In this document: positions 35,698 to 54,815 of the stretch, in pieces | How positions within the stretch are numbered: the first letter of the stretch is position 1 | Layout of the letters: every line of letters starts with the position of its first letter | Origin: the human T2T-CHM13v2.0 reference genome, Homo sapiens | Direction: 5' to 3' (one strand) | DNA length: 64,000 nt | Assembly: GCF_009914755.1 (NCBI RefSeq) | Contig: NC_060941.1 | The notes under the pieces: model-generated | Told to the model about the DNA's origin: nothing | The model's input: only the letters and a program-made list of their open reading frames with translations | Database searches by the model: none | Position numbers and translations under genes: made by a program

Positions 35698-36849
35698 TGA
35701 AAGTTTCATCTGAGGAACATTCCACAAAATAGAAAAAAGATAAAAGTATAACAAAATTGAAAGAAAAAAACAGAGAGAGAAGTTCATCTCAGCATATCCA
35801 ATACTGGACTAAAGAAAAAATAGGAAAAATGGAAGGGTAAAGAGGTAAGAATTTTTTTTTTTAATGATATGACCACTTCTGGTAATGTCAGGCCTGATAA
35901 TTAAGACCAGCTTTCCTATTGAAGACAACTAAAAAACCTGGACAGATGATAGAAACAATATTCTTTAAAAGTCTCAAAAGGTAATGAGATAGTAAAGAAT
36001 GACTGGGCTGAGTGTCAGGTGAGAGTGGGGATCCAGAGAGTAAGCCTTGTATTTGAGGCTACTTTTACCTTTGTGACATTTGCCATCTGTAGGAGATTGA
36101 GAGGCTGAGCTTTGCCTTTTGGGTCTAGAGGGACAAATGTCAGAGACTGGGCTTGTCAAAGGTTGAGTTCTGATGAGATTCCCACTTTTATGGCTAGGAT
36201 CTCAATAAGCTGCACCCAGGAGAGGATGAACCACAGGGAAACAAGCCCTTGCACAGTTTGTGGTCAGAAAAATCTCAGGCTCTGAACTGGATTAAGGTGA
36301 TCCCTAATTGCCAGTGACCCCAATTGCCTGGTAGAAACAAATCTTATTTGAGGAAGATAATGTCATCCTAGGCCTTAAATTATTTTTACAAGTAACTTTT
36401 CAAATACTATTCTTCAAATACTATGTCCAGCATACAGCGAAAATAACCAGTTACATGAGGGAGTAGCCACTATGGTTGAGAACCAACACAAATGAGACAA
36501 CTGAAAGAGACCTGTGGAAACTCCATATACTGGAATTACCAGAATTCAGCAAGAAAACAACCATGCTTACTATTTCAAGGAGGCAAATTCCAAGCTTGAA
36601 AAATTTTGGCAGATAACTAGAAACTCAAAAATGTGACCAGAGGTCTGGAAAAAAGAACAAACAGAAATCCTAGAATTGAAAAATAATCAAATTAATAACT
36701 CAGTGGATGAGTCAAACAGCACATTAGACCTAGTCTCAGAGAAAGAGTGAACATGAAGGTAGAAGAAATAACTCAAAAAGGAAATGTGGAGGAAAAAAAT
36801 ATGAGAGGTTTAAAAAAATTAAGACATAGGGAATTCAGGGAATAGGAAA

Positions 36850-37460
36850 GATGTGAACAACATAATCAACACTTAATCTAATTGACAGATAGAACACTAC
36901 ATTTAACAACTGCAGAATACACATTACTTTCAAGTGCAAATGGTATATTCACCAAGATAGACCATACACTGGGCCATGAAACAAGTCTCAATAAATATAA
37001 AGGATCAAAATTATACAAAATGTATTCTCTGACCACAACACAATTAAATTAGAAATCGATAACAATAAAGTAACTAGGAAAACCTCAAATATCTGGAAAT
37101 AAATATAAATTTATTTAAATATCTGGGAATAAATCTAAAAATGCATGAATCAAAGACAAAATCACAAGGAAAAAGAAAATATTTTTAACTGAGTGATAAT
37201 GGAAATACAACACCAAACTTTGCTGGATGCAGCTGAAGCGATGTTTAAAGGGAAATGTATAGTTTTAAATGTTAATCTTAGAAAAGAAGATCTAAAATCA
37301 GTGACCTGAAGTTCCACCTTAAAAAATCAGAAAAGGAAGAAGAAAGTAAACCCAAAGTGATACGAGAAAGGAAATAATATAGATAAGAGTAGAAATCAAT
37401 GAAATAGAAAACAGACAATGGAAAAAATTAACAAATACAAAAGTTGGCTTTGAAAAGAAG
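36850..37460 (+). mobile_element. Old L1M ORF2 endonuclease-region fragment
   Basis: AAGATAGACCATACACTGGGCCAT (KIDHTLGH) and TTCTCTGACCACAAC (FSDHN) motifs. Confidence 0.8.
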
Positions 37461-38599
37461 TAGGCAACAAAAACTTGATCATTCCAAAAAAAAAGCATAT
37501 CCCTGAGGACCACTTCAGATGAGTCCATGAAGGATAGTGAACCAGGAAGAGCCCTCTTGGAAGGGAACGCCAGAGGTGATGGAGACAACAAATAGAAAAA
37601 TACTCCCAGAAAGCAAAAGCAGGGCTTCACTGATGGGCTAACCAAGGAATTTATCCTACTGTCAAGGCAGAAAATCTTTGCAGTTTCCATCCAGCAGGAT
37701 TTGATAAATGCTGTGAAACAGCGACTGTTGTATGTTTCCTATTTTTCTCTTTTTTGAGTGAAAGTTTTACTTGTTACATATCCTATTCTAATACTCTAAT
37801 TTGGGTATGTGTGAGTGAGGGGGGAGGATGGATAACTTGTTTTTTATGTTACGAGACAAAGAAGAGCCATCTAACAGAAAAGAATTTCATAATACTCAAG
37901 AGATCCTGACTTTAAGCAGGATGCCATAATTGTATGGGTCTTTGGCATTGTCTCTCTTGGGGAGAATGTGAGCATGTTCTGTGTATACTAACATGGCTGT
38001 GCTCTGATAATTGGGTAGTCAAAGCAGTGGATTTGGCAGAGGCTGTCCCCCAGAAGTCATTTACCTCTTCTTCCATGGTGGTGGAATGCTTAGGTGGGTA
38101 CATGGTCACCTAGCCAAAGATTTCTTTTCCAAAACTACCCTAAAATTAATTGGCTGTGGCTATGTGATCAAAGTCAAAGAGTTGTAAACATACAGGATGT
38201 ATATAACTTTTCACCTTATTTCAAGGGTGAGGTCCTCCAGTACAGTGTTGAAGATAAGTAGGGAAAGTGGCCATCCTTGCCTTGTTCCCAGTCTCTGGGG
38301 GGTAAATGGTTTAGCTTTTCACCATTATGATCTTTACTGTACACACTTTATAGATACTCTTTTATTGGTTTGAGGAATTTTCTGCCATTCCTAGTTTGTT
38401 GAGAGTTTTTACTATAAAATAGTGCAAAATTTTGTCCAATGCTTTCCCTGCATCTATTAAATGGTCATAGTTTTTCTCGTTTATATTGTTAATATGGTGA
38501 ATAACATTAACATTTGAAAAATAAGCCTTGCATATCTGAGACAAAACAAGTAGAGTTTGTCTCATAAGTGGAAGAGATGGGCTAGACTTAGTTAGTCCT

Positions 38600-39175
<576 letters not shown>

Positions 39176-39839
39176 ATCAGTCCTTTCATTCTTAGTTCCC
39201 CAACTTGACGACTGCTGAAACAGAGATTTCTAAGTCCCACCCCTGTCTTTCATTTTTTTTAAAGGAGAAACATCCAATTTCTACCTACCAACGCTCTTCA
39301 GAAGGAGGCAAGGATATGTGGATGTGTTAACTACTCTATATATGACCCGTTAATCAACTTGCCTGCTCTCGAGCCCTCTGCCTCAACCCATCCCCTACCA
39401 ACCAACCCCATCCCTCAGTCTCAAGCATCTCTTCCTTTGTATACACTCAGGAAAGCATCTTGTCTCTGAACCTTTGAATATACTGTTCTTAAATCATAAT
39501 CAGAGGTATCTATCCTTTAACTTTCTTTTTAGTTTCTCTTGTTATATTAGTTCAGTAGTCTAGTACGTGTAACCATAAAGTAATGAGAATAATTTTTAAC
39601 AAATATACCCAAACTTATATAAGAGAAACTTTTCCCTCCGGAGTATTATCTGAAAAGGTTATCTGCTTATTCGAGTGACTGTGCCATTACTAAGATGATG
39701 TAGAAAAAACATGTGGTTACGTCTGGGGAAGACATAAAGGGAACAGTATGGGGAGGTAGTAGTCAAAGGGAATTCTGGCCTTAGCAGTTCTTACAAGGAG
39801 AATGTATTTGTGCACTGTTTGTGAGATTAAAACTTAAAA

Positions 39840-41723
39840 GTAAAGATTTCATTTACAATAGCATCAAAGAGAATAAAATAGGAATAAATCTAACGAATGA
39901 GGCAAAAGACTTTTACACTGAAAATTACAAAACAGTACTGAAAGAAATTAAAGATGACACTAATAAGTAGAACACATTCCATGTTCATGGACTGGAAATA
40001 TTGTTAAGATGTCTATACTACCCAAAGCAATCTACAGTTCAATACAATGCCTTTCAAAATCTCAGTGAATTTTTTTTAAAGAAATAGAAAAATTCATACT
40101 AAAATTCGTATGGAATCTCAAGGGAACCCAAATAGCCAAAACAATTTTGAAAAAGAACAAAGTTAGAGGACTCACACTTCTTGATTTCAAAACATACTAC
40201 AAAGCTACAGTAATCAAAACAGTGTGCTACTGGCATAAATTCAGCCAAATATATCAATGAATATTCAATAGACTAAATATCACATATATTATTAAATGAC
40301 CTTCAACAAGGGTGCCAAGCCCACTCACTGGGGAAAGGACAATCTCTCTATTTAACAAATGGTATTGGGAAAACTGGATATCCACATGCAAAAGAATGAA
40401 GTTAAACGCTTACACCATATATGAAAACTAACTCAAACTAACTAACTTAGGTCTTTAGGATTAAAGACCTAAATGTAAGACTTAAGACTATAACAATCCT
40501 AGAAGAAAACAGAGAGAGATAACTTCACGACACTGGACTTGGCAATGCTTTCCTGGATATGACACACAAAGCACAAGGAAAAGAAAAAACAGCAAAATAG
40601 ACAGATGGGACTACATCAAACTTAAAAGTGTCTGCTCATCAAAGGACAAAATAGCATAAAAGGCAACTCACAGAATGGGAGAAAATATTTGTAAATCATA
40701 TTCGCTAAGGGGTTAATATTCAGAATATGTTTTAAAAACTCCTACAACTGAACAACACCAAAAAATCAAACAAACCAATTGAAAAATGGGCAAAAGACTT
40801 GAATATACATTTTCCAAAGATGATATACAAACAGCCAATGAGTATACAAATGATACTAAACATCACTAATTATCAGAGAAATGTAAAAAAAAATCAAACC
40901 TATAATGAGGTATCTATCAGCTCATGCTCACTGAGATGGCTACTTACAGAAGCCTTCCTTAAAAAAATCCAGGAAATAATAAATGTTGATGGGGATGTGG
41001 AGAAATTAAAACTATTTTGCAATGTTGGTGGGATTATAAAATGGTATAGCAGCTATGAAAAACAGTACAGAGTTTCCTAAAAAAATTAAAAATTGGATTA
41101 ACCATATGATCCAGCAATCCATTACTGGATACATGCAAATGAAATCAGGGTCTCAAAGAGATAGTTGGAGCCAGGCGCGGTGGCACACGCCTGTAGTCCC
41201 AGTACTTGGGAGGCTGAGAAAGGAAGATTATTTGAGTCCAGGAGTTTTGAGTCTAGCCTGAGCAACATTGTGAGGCCTCATCTCTTAAAAGGAAAAACAA
41301 AACAGATATTTCCACCCCCAAGTTCACAGTGGCACTATTCACAATAGTCAAGGGATGGAAGCAACCTAAATGTCTATTAAGAAATGAATAAACAAAATGT
41401 CATATGCACGTACAAAGGAATATTATTCAGCCTTAGAAAGGAAATCCTGTCACGTGCTACAACATGAATGAACCTTGAGAACATAATATAGTCACAAAAA
41501 TACAAATGCTGCATGATTCCACTTATATGAGGTACCTGGAATAGTTAAATGCATAGAAACAGAAAGTAGAATGGTGGTTACTAGGAGCCAGGGGAAGGAG
41601 GAAAAGGAAAGTTGTATTTAATGAATATAGAGTTTCAGATTTGCAAGATAAAAATGTTCTAGAGATCTGTTTCAAACAATGTGAATATACTACTGAACTG
41701 TGCACTTAAAAATGGTTAAAATG
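39840..41723 (+). mobile_element. Old L1M (L1MB-like) ORF2 3' half and 3'UTR; its last ~45 nt resume at 52596-52640
   Basis: Degenerate ORF2 C-terminal motifs (CCATGTTCATGG, TACTACAAAGCTACAGTAATCAAAACAGTG) and L1 3'UTR. Confidence 0.85.
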
Positions 41724-41898
41724 GGGCTGGGAGTGGTGGCTCACACCTGTAATCCCAGCACTTCGGGAGGCCAAGGTGGGCAGATCACCCGAGGTCAGGA
41801 GTTCGATACCAGCCTGCCCAACATGGCAAAACCCTGTCTCTATTAAAAATACAAAAAAATTAGCCAGGTATGGTGGCAGGCGCCTGTAATACCAGCTA

Positions 41899-42006
<108 letters not shown>

Positions 42007-42800
42007 TCAAAAAAAAAAAAAAAAAAAGGTTAAAATGGGGCAGAGGCAGAGCAAGACGGCAGTTTTGAATCCTCTAGTGATTCTCCCCCCACAGGAACAT
42101 CAACTATCCATTCAAGAAAACACCTTCACAAGAGCTGAAGAAATCAGGTGATGAATCACAGTGCCTGGATTTAGCATAACAAGAAAAGACACATTGAAGA
42201 GGGTAGAAAGGACAGTCTCACATTGCCCAGAGCACCCTACCCCCAACCCCACGCAATGCAGCATAGAGAAAATCTGTACACTTAAGAGAGGCAAAGGGAA
42301 GTATGGGGGAGATTTTGCATTTGAACTTAGTACTGGTGCCATCGCAGCAAAATACAGCAAGGGGCAGAATCCTGTGGCCCTTGATTCCATGCCAGTGCCC
42401 ATGGAAGGGGCATTCAGATCTGCCCTGGGCCAGAAGATAATCCACTGCCACAGTGGGAAGAAACTGAGTCTTGGCCTGATCCACTGTGGGCTGACTAAAG
42501 TGGCCTCAGGTCCTGAATAAATTTCCGTGGCAGGCAGGCCAGAGCAACAGTGGTTCTTGGGTGAGCCCTAACACTGTACTGCTGTGGGAGGCTGTAGGCT
42601 TGGGGTGCGACCCAACACAATACCAGTTGCAGTAGCTATCTGAGTGCCACGTCATCCCTGTCCCAGCTCTACACAGTAAAGTGTGGTAAGAGACTACTGT
42701 GTAAAAGAGAGAGAAGACCAGGCACAGTGGCTCATGCCTGTAATCCCAGCACTTTGGGAGGCCGAGGAGGGCGGATCATGAGGTCAGGAGTTGGAGACTA

Positions 42801-43031
<231 letters not shown>

Positions 43032-43874
43032 CTAGGAACCTAGTACCAGCCCCACCACATTAAAACACAGCACCTGGCAGAACACCAAAGCCCCTGATTC
43101 CACTCTAGTGCTCCTGGATGGTGCTTCTATACCTACCCTGGGCTAGAAAGCAATCTGCCACCCCAGCAGGAAGGACCCAAGTCCCAGCCAGCTTCACCAC
43201 TGTCTGACTAAAGTGATCTCAGGCCTGAATAAGTATCAGTGGCAGTCTGACAGTAGTGACAGAGGGTCTTAGGCAAGACCTGGTACTGTGCTGCTCTGTG
43301 ATGCTGTGGGCTTAGGGTGTGATCCAGCATAGCACCGGCTGCCACAGCCATGGGAATACCCATGTCACCCCTCCCCAAACTCCAGGAAGTGCAGCATGGA
43401 CAGGAACTCCTTCAACTTGGGGGAAAGAGAGGGAAGAGTGTAGGGGGACTTTACTTGAGAACCCAGGGAACTCTCCCTGATCTTCCTCAAGTTCATTAGG
43501 ACTGGAGACTAGGAGTCTGCAAGAGCTGCAGCGTACGTGGGCTTAGGGTGCCCTCTACTGCTGAGTGGTTACAGTGACCACAGGCTTAGGGAACTCAACA
43601 GGCAGTCCTCTTTGAATTTCTGGAAGGCCCTCTGAAGGAGGACAGGTACAAACAGGGCCAGACTGCAAAGACTAGAATAAATACCTAACTCTCTAATGCC
43701 CAGATATCGACAAATGTCCACTAATATCAAGAACATTCATCTGGGCGCAGTGGCTCATGCCTGTAATCCCAGCACTTGGGAGGCCGAGGCAGGCAGATCA
43801 CATGAGCCCAGGAGTTTGAGGCCAGTCTGGCCAACATGGAGAAACTGCATCTCTACTAAAAATACAAAAAATTA

Positions 43875-44141
<267 letters not shown>

Positions 44142-45289
44142 TCAATGGCCTTAAAGAAGGAATAAAGAAAAAGGGGTAGAAAACTTATTGAAATAAACAG
44201 TAACAGAACACTTTCTAAACCTAGAGAAAGATACAAATATTCAGGTACAAGAAGGTCAGAGATCACCAAGCAGATCCCAAATGAGACTACCTCAAAGCAT
44301 GCAATAATCAAACTCTTAAAGATCAAGAACAAAGAAAGAATCCTAAAAGCAGCAACAGAAAAGAAGCAAATAACACACAAAGGAGCTCCAGTACATCTGG
44401 CAGCAGACTTCTCAGCAGAAACCTTACAGGCAAGAGAGAGTGGGATGATGTATTCTGAGTGTTGAAGGAAAAAAAAATTGCCAATCAAGAATACTGTACC
44501 TAGCAAAGCTATCCTTCAAACATGAAGGAGAGATAAAGATTTTCCCAAACAAAAGCTGAGAGAATTCATCACCACCAGACCTGTTTTACTAGAAATGTTA
44601 AATGTGCAACAAGAAAACATCTGAAAGTATAAAAATCGTTGATAAAAGTAAGCATACAGAGACATTCAGAATACCCTAATACTGTAATTGTGATATATAA
44701 ACCACTGATATCTTTAGTGTAAAGCCTAAGACAAAACTATTAAAAATAATAAATACAAAAAGAAGAAAGATTAATAACTACAACAGTTTGTTAAAAGATA
44801 GGCAATATAAAAAGATGTAAATTGATAACATCCAGAAGTCAAAGTGTGAAGGGGGATGGAGTTAGTATAGAGTTTAAGGGTTTCTTGTTTGTTTGTTTCT
44901 TTTCTTTTCTTTGCAATCAAAGTCAAGTTGTCATCAGTTTAAAATAAATTATAACTGTAAGATGTTTTTTGTAGGCCTTGTGGTAATCATAGACAAAACC
45001 CATAACTGATACACTAAAAATAAAAAGCAAGGAATTAAAATAAACTACCAAAGAAAATCACTTACCCACAAAGGAAAGCAGTAAGAAAGGAAGAAAGGAG
45101 TTACAAAACAACCAGAAGAACTAACAAAATGGCAGTAATAAGTCTTACCTGTAAGTCATAACTTTGAATATAAATGGACTAAATTCTCCAATTAAAAGAC
45201 ATAGAGTGGCTGAATGGATTTTTTAAAAGACCCAACTATATGCTACCTATAAGAAACTCACTTCACCTATAAAGATACGCACACAATGT

Positions 45290-47176
<1,887 letters not shown>

Positions 47177-48540
47177 TCAGAGTTAACTGTGCTTTAGACC
47201 TAATGGACCTAACAAACATTTACAGAAGATTGCACCCAACTGCTACAGAATATATGTTCTTCTCAACAACATATGGAACAATCTCCAGAATAGACCATAC
47301 GTTAGGCCATAAAAGAAGTCTTAACAATTTTTTTTAAAACTGAAATTACGTCAAATATCTTTTCTGACCACATGCAATAAAACTAGAAATCAATACAGGA
47401 AGAACTTTGGAAACTGTTCAAATACGTGGAAATTAAACAATATGCTCATGAACAACCAATGGATCTACGAAGAAATTAAAAAGAAAATTTAAAAATTCCT
47501 TGAGACAAATGAAAGTGGAAATGCAACTACCAAAAACCTATGTGATACAGCAAATGCTGTCCTACGAGGGAAGTTTATGGCAATAAATGCCTACATCAAA
47601 AAGGTATAGAGACTTCAAATAAACAATATTATATTACATCTCAAGGAACTAGAAAGACAAAAACAATCTAAACCCAAAATAAGTAGAAGGAAAGAAATAG
47701 TAAAGATCACAGCAGAAATAAATAAAATAGTTTAAAAAACAATATAAAAGATCACCAAAACAAAGAGCTGTTTTTTTGAAAAGGTAAGCAAACTAAACAA
47801 GCCTTTAGTTAGACTTTAAAAAAAAAAAAAAAAAAAGGACGGCCAGGTGTGACTCATGCCTGCAATGCACTTTGTGAGACTGAGGCAGGAGGATTCCTTG
47901 AGGACAGGAGTTCAAGACTAGCCTGGGCAACCTAGCAAGACCCTGTCTCTACAAAAAAAAATTTTTAAATTAGCCAAGCATGGTGTCACACACGAGGAGT
48001 CCTAGCTACTCAGGAAGGCTGAGGCAGGAGGATCACTTAAGCCCAGGAGTTCAAGGTTGCAGTGAGCTATTATCGTGCCACTGTACTACAGCTTCGCAAC
48101 ACAGTGAGACCCTGCCTCGAAAAACAAAGACAAAAAAACAAAAAAGAAAGAAAGAAATAATAAAAAAACCTCTAAATCAGAGTTGAAAAAGGAGTCATCA
48201 CAACTAACACCAGAGAAGTACAAAGGATAAGAGACTACTATGAACAACTACACATCAACAAATTGGAAAACCTAGAAGAAATGGATAAATTCCTGAACAC
48301 ATAAAATGTATCAAGGTTGAATCACAAAGAAAGAGAAAACCTGAAAAGACCAATAATGAGCAATAATATCAAAGCAGTAATAAAAAGTCTCCCAGGTGGC
48401 CTCGCATGGTGGCTCATGCCTGTAATCGCAACACTTTGCGATGCTGAGGCAGGAGGATCACTTGAGGCCAGGAGTTTGAGACCAGCCTAGGCAACATAGC
48501 AAGACTTCATTCCTACAAAAAATTTAAAAATTAGCTAGGC

Positions 48541-48756
48541 GTCACCGCACCATCTGGGAAGTGAGGCGCACCTCTGCCCAGCGGCCGCACCATCTGCGAT
48601 GTGAGGAGCACCTCTGCCTGGCCTCCACGCCACCCTCCAGGTGTGAAATGGCAGCCTTGTGTGTGTGATCTTTCTGCCCTCCCCAAGTTTGCATGTTCAA
48701 CAGTGAAGTTTACTTTTAAATTAAAAGATTTAAATTGGGGAAGATAAAAAAAAAAA
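48541..48756 (+). mobile_element. 5'-truncated SVA2-like element inserted in an AluJ linker
   Basis: Two 40-bp SVA-type VNTR units (48545-48624), a non-SINE-R 3' unique tail and poly(A); TSD-like AAAAATTAGCTAGG / AAAAATAGCTGGG. Confidence 0.75.
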
Positions 48757-49468
48757 TAGCTGGGAATGGTGTTGCATGCCTGTGGTCCCAGCTACTCAGG
48801 AGGCTGACATCAGAGGATTACTTGAGCCCAGGAGGCTGAGGCTGCAGTGAGTCATAATCACACCACTGTACTTCAGCCTGGGTGACAGAGGGAGACCCTG
48901 TCTCAAAACAAACAAACAAAAAGTCTCCCAGCAAAGAAAAGCCTAAGGCCTGATGGCTTCACTGCTAAATTCTACCAAACATTTAAGGCACTAATACCAG
49001 TTCTACTTAAACTATTCCAAAAAATTGGAGAGGAAGAAATATTTTCAAACTCATTCTATAAGGCCAGCATTACCCTAATACCAAAACCAGACAAAAACAC
49101 AACAACAAAAAAAGAAAACTACAGGTCAATATCCCTGAAGAACACACATGCAAAAATCCTCAACAAAATACTAGCAAACCAGGCCGGGTGCAGTGGCTCA
49201 CGCCTGCAATCCCAACACTTTGGGGGGCTAAGGCAGGCAGATCACTTGAGGTCAGGAGTTTGAGACCAGCCTGACCAACACGGCGAAATCCTGTCTCTAC
49301 TAAAAATACAAAAATTAGCTGGGCATGGTGGCAGGCGCCTGTAATCCCTGCTACTCAGGAGGCTGAGGCAGGAGATTCACTTGAACCTAGGAGGCAGAGG
49401 TTGTGATGAGCTTAAGATCATGCCATTGCACTCCAGCCTGGGCGACAGAGTGAGCAAAACTCCATCTC

Positions 49469-49504
<36 letters not shown>

Positions 49505-49797
49505 ATTAAAAAGATCATTCACCATAATCCAAGGGGGATTTATCCCAGGGATGCAAGGAGGGTTCAACATATACAAATCAATCAATGTAATACATTACAT
49601 TAACAAAATCAAGGATGAAAACCACATGATCATTTCAACAGATGCTAAAAAATCATTCAGTAAAATTCAACATCCTGGCCGGGCATGGTGGATCACACCT
49701 GTAAACCCAGCACTTTGGGAGGCCGAGGTGGGCAGATCACCTGAGGTCAGGAGTTCGAGACCAGCCTGGCCAACATGGAGAAACCGCGTCTCTTCTA

Positions 49798-50120
<323 letters not shown>

Positions 50121-51984
50121 AAATAAAAAAATAAATAAAAATAAAAAATAAAATTCAACATCCCTTCATGATAAACACAAACTGGTCATAGAAAGAACAT
50201 ACCTCAACACGATAAAGGCCCTGTATGACAAACCCACAGCTAACATTACATTGAATGATGAAAAGTTGAAAGCTTTTCCTCGAAGATCTGGAACAAGCCA
50301 AGAATGCCCACTTTCACCACTTTTATTCAACACAGTACTGGAAATTCTAGCCAGACCAATTAGGCAAGAGAAAGAAATAAATGGCATCCAAATTGGAACG
50401 GAGAAAGTCTAATTGTCCTTGTTTGTGGATGGCATGATCATATACATAGAAAACCCTAAAGATTCCACCAAAAAAATTGGAACTAATAAATGAATTTAGT
50501 AAAGTTGCAGGATACAAAATCAACTTACAAATATCAGTAGTGTTTCTCTATATGCCAATAGTAAACTATCTGAAAAAGAAATCAAGAAACCAATTCCATT
50601 TATAGTAGCTACAAGAAAATTAGAAACAAACTTAACCAAGGAGGTGAATTATCCTCACAATGGAAACTATAAAACATTGATGAAAGATGTTGAAGAGGTC
50701 ACAAATAAATAAATGGAAGGATATCGCATGTGCATGGATTGGAAGATTATTGTTAAAATGTCCATATTACCCAAAGTGATGTACAGATTTAATGCAAGCC
50801 TTATCAAAATACCAATGACATTCTTCACAGAAATAGAAAAAAAATTCTTAAAATTCATATAGCAATACAAAAGACCCCAGACAGCCAAAGCAATCCTGAG
50901 CAAAAAGAACAGAGCTGGAGGCATCACCCTACCTGATTTCAAAATACACTACCAAAGCGATAGTAACCAAAACAGCATGGTACAGGCATAAAAATAGACA
51001 TCTAAATCAATTGTAACAGAATAGAGAACCCAAAAATAAATTTATACATTTATAGCTAACTGATTTTCAAAAGTTGCCAAGTACACACATTGGAGAAAGG
51101 ACGGTCTCCTCAATAAATAGTGCTGGGAAATTTGGATGTCCATATGCAGAAGAAGGAAACTAAACCCCAATTTCTCACCATATATAAAAATCAACTCTAA
51201 ATTGATTAAATACTTAAATGTAAGATTCAAAACTATGAAACTATTAGAAGAAAACATAGGGAAAATGCTTCATGAAAATGGACTGGGCGAGGACTTTTTG
51301 GATAAGACCTCGAAAGCACAGGCAACAAAAACAAAAATGGACAAATGGGATTACAACAAACAAAAAATCTTCTGCATAGCAAAAGACACAATACAATGAA
51401 GAGACAACCTACATAAAGAGAGAAAGTATTTGCAAACTATACATTTGACAAAAGGTTAATATGCACAATACATAAGGAATTTAAGCAACTCAGAAGCAAA
51501 ACAAATAAAAAAACAAAAAACAGTCTGATTTTAAAAATGAGCAAAAGACCTGAATAGACATTTCTCAAAAGAAGATACACAAATGACCAACAGATATATG
51601 GAAAAATGCTCAATATCACCAATCATCAGAGAAATGCAAATCAAAACCACAATATCACCTCACCCCAGTTAAAATGGCTATTATAAAAAAGACAAAAAAT
51701 AACAAATGCTGGCAAAGATGCAGAGAAAAGGGAACTCTTATATGCTATTTGTAGGAATGTAAGTTAGCATAGCATTATAGAAAAACAGTATGAAGGTTCT
51801 TAAAAAATTAAAAATAGAACCACTATATAATTTAGCAGTCCCACTACTGGATGTATCTCCAAAGAAGATGAAATCAGTATGTTGAAGAGACATCTCCACA
51901 CCCGTGTTTACCACAGCACTATTTACAATAGCCAAGATATGGATCAACCTAAATACGCATCTACAGATGAATAAAGAAAATGTG

Positions 51985-52031
51985 ATATATATATATATAT
52001 GTGTGTGTGTATATATATATATGTGTGTGTG

Positions 52032-52063
<32 letters not shown>
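51985..52063 (+). repeat. Compound (AT)n(GT)n(AT)n(GT)n(AC)n microsatellite in the L1 3'UTR
   Basis: Read directly. Confidence 0.9.
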
Positions 52064-52064
<1 letters not shown>

Positions 52065-52637
52065 GTACGTACATAAATATACAATGGAATACTATTCAGC
52101 CATAAAACAGAATGAAATCTTGTCATTTTTGGCAACATAGGTGAACCTGGAGAACATTATGTTAAGTGAAATAAGCCAGGCACAGAAAGACAAATACTAC
52201 ATGATCTTACTCATATATGGAAGCTAAAAAAGTTAATTTCATAGAAGAAAGTAGAATAGTAAATACCAGAGGCTGGGGAAAGTAGGAAAGTGGGGATATT
52301 GGGAGAAGTTGGTCAAAAGTTGTAGTTAGATAGGAAGAATAAGCTTTGGTATTCTATTACACAGTAGCATAATTGTAGCAAATAACAATGTAGTGTATAT
52401 TTCAAGACAGCTAGAAGAAAAGGTTTAGAGTGTTATCACCACAAAGAAATGATAAATGTTTAGAGTGATGGATATGGTAATTATCTCAATTTGATCATTA
52501 CACTACATATACATGTGTCAAAAAATCACATTGTACCTCATAAATATGTACAATTATATTTAAATTATAAATTAAAAATAAAAATGGTTAAAATGATAAA
52601 TTTTATGTTACATGTTCTTCAACACAATAAAAAATTA

Positions 52638-53485
<848 letters not shown>

Positions 53486-54637
53486 AACAAATTTATATGT
53501 GACTTTGAACAAGTTACTTACTCTAAGCCTAAATTTCCTGATGTTTAAAATGACAATGCCACTTCCAACAGATTTGTCCTATGGCACAAAAATGGATACG
53601 GTAAATGTTAGTTCCTGCCTTTCTCTCATCTAAATTGCCTTCAAGGCTCATGCCATTGTGTTAAACACCTTCAGTGGTAAGAAATCTTTAGTCTTTAATT
53701 ATGGATTGGAAAATATAATCAACTAAAAGTGTGCAAGCTAAATTTAGTGAATAAATGATAGACAGTTTTTAGCCTAAAAGACATTTTGCAGAAAGAACCC
53801 TATGAGTCTGAGCTACACCATGATCATATCACTATTAATTTACTTTTTGGAAAAATTCTCACAGAAGTTCTCAACATTTTTCAAATTATTGTAGGTTAAA
53901 ATGATGGTCTGTCATTTTAACCTACACTGTCATTCTGCCTGCACTGCATGCCCCTGACATGAACATAATTCTAGAATATTAAAATTGTCCACTGCAGACT
54001 TTGGTAACTTGATTTTTGGATGATATGAGACACATGTTTTATTAGATGTTACTATTTCTTCAAAAAATATGATTTTGTCTTATTAGAATCAACTGTATGT
54101 GCCTAAAACAATCACTTATTCTGGGTTCTTACAAACCACAAGAATAACAAACCATTCATTGGTATAGGGTCATACTTTATAGTATCTTTAAAATGCGCTC
54201 AGGATAATATCCTAAATTTCCATCTGATTTTCTCTTGTCACAATATAAATGCATGCCCTCTTGTCCTAGAGTCTGTTAATAACAGAGTAAGTACAACTAC
54301 AATTTCGAAGTCTGGCATCTGAGGATACTTATTAAATCATCCTTCATCCTTGCCTTCTCCAAGTTAAATAATCTAAATTCCTTTGCTTATTCTTAATATG
54401 TTCTATATTTTCAAAGCCCAAATCATTATATGCAATATTAAGAAAATAACTATTACATACTTCACAACAATAATTAAGAACAAATATAGAGTTAAAATTA
54501 CAGCTATGTAAAAACAGCAATGTGACAGGTCTAATACAATTATGAATAATAAATGGAGACCCAGAAAAAATGTCATTCATATATTAATTCTACAGCGTGA
54601 TTCTACTTCTGGCATTCTAGAGCACAATAATCCTTAC

Positions 54638-54815
54638 CAGGGGACTTTCCTTGTTGTGAGTTGCTTCTGTGCTCTCTGTATCTGGCTGGAGTGGCTAAAC
54701 CTGTGTCTTCACTAGGCTTGCTAGCAGGCCCCATTTCTGAAATGAGGAATCCCATCTGTTCTGACGGCAAGATATTCTCACGTGAACTGGTCTGGCATTT
54801 TATGTTGGCATCCAC
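54638..54815 (-). CDS. HSF5: HSF5 exon 5: VDANIKCQTSSRENILPSEQMGFLISEMG...SQQGKSP(D)
   Basis: TTTTAG|GTG acceptor and CTG|GTAAGG donor; 178 nt, phase 0 to 1; non-repeat open frame. Confidence 0.92.

Noticed and set aside
48545-48624. Short regularly spaced repeats as a CRISPR-like array
   Set aside because: Only two contiguous VNTR units with no spacers, in primate DNA.
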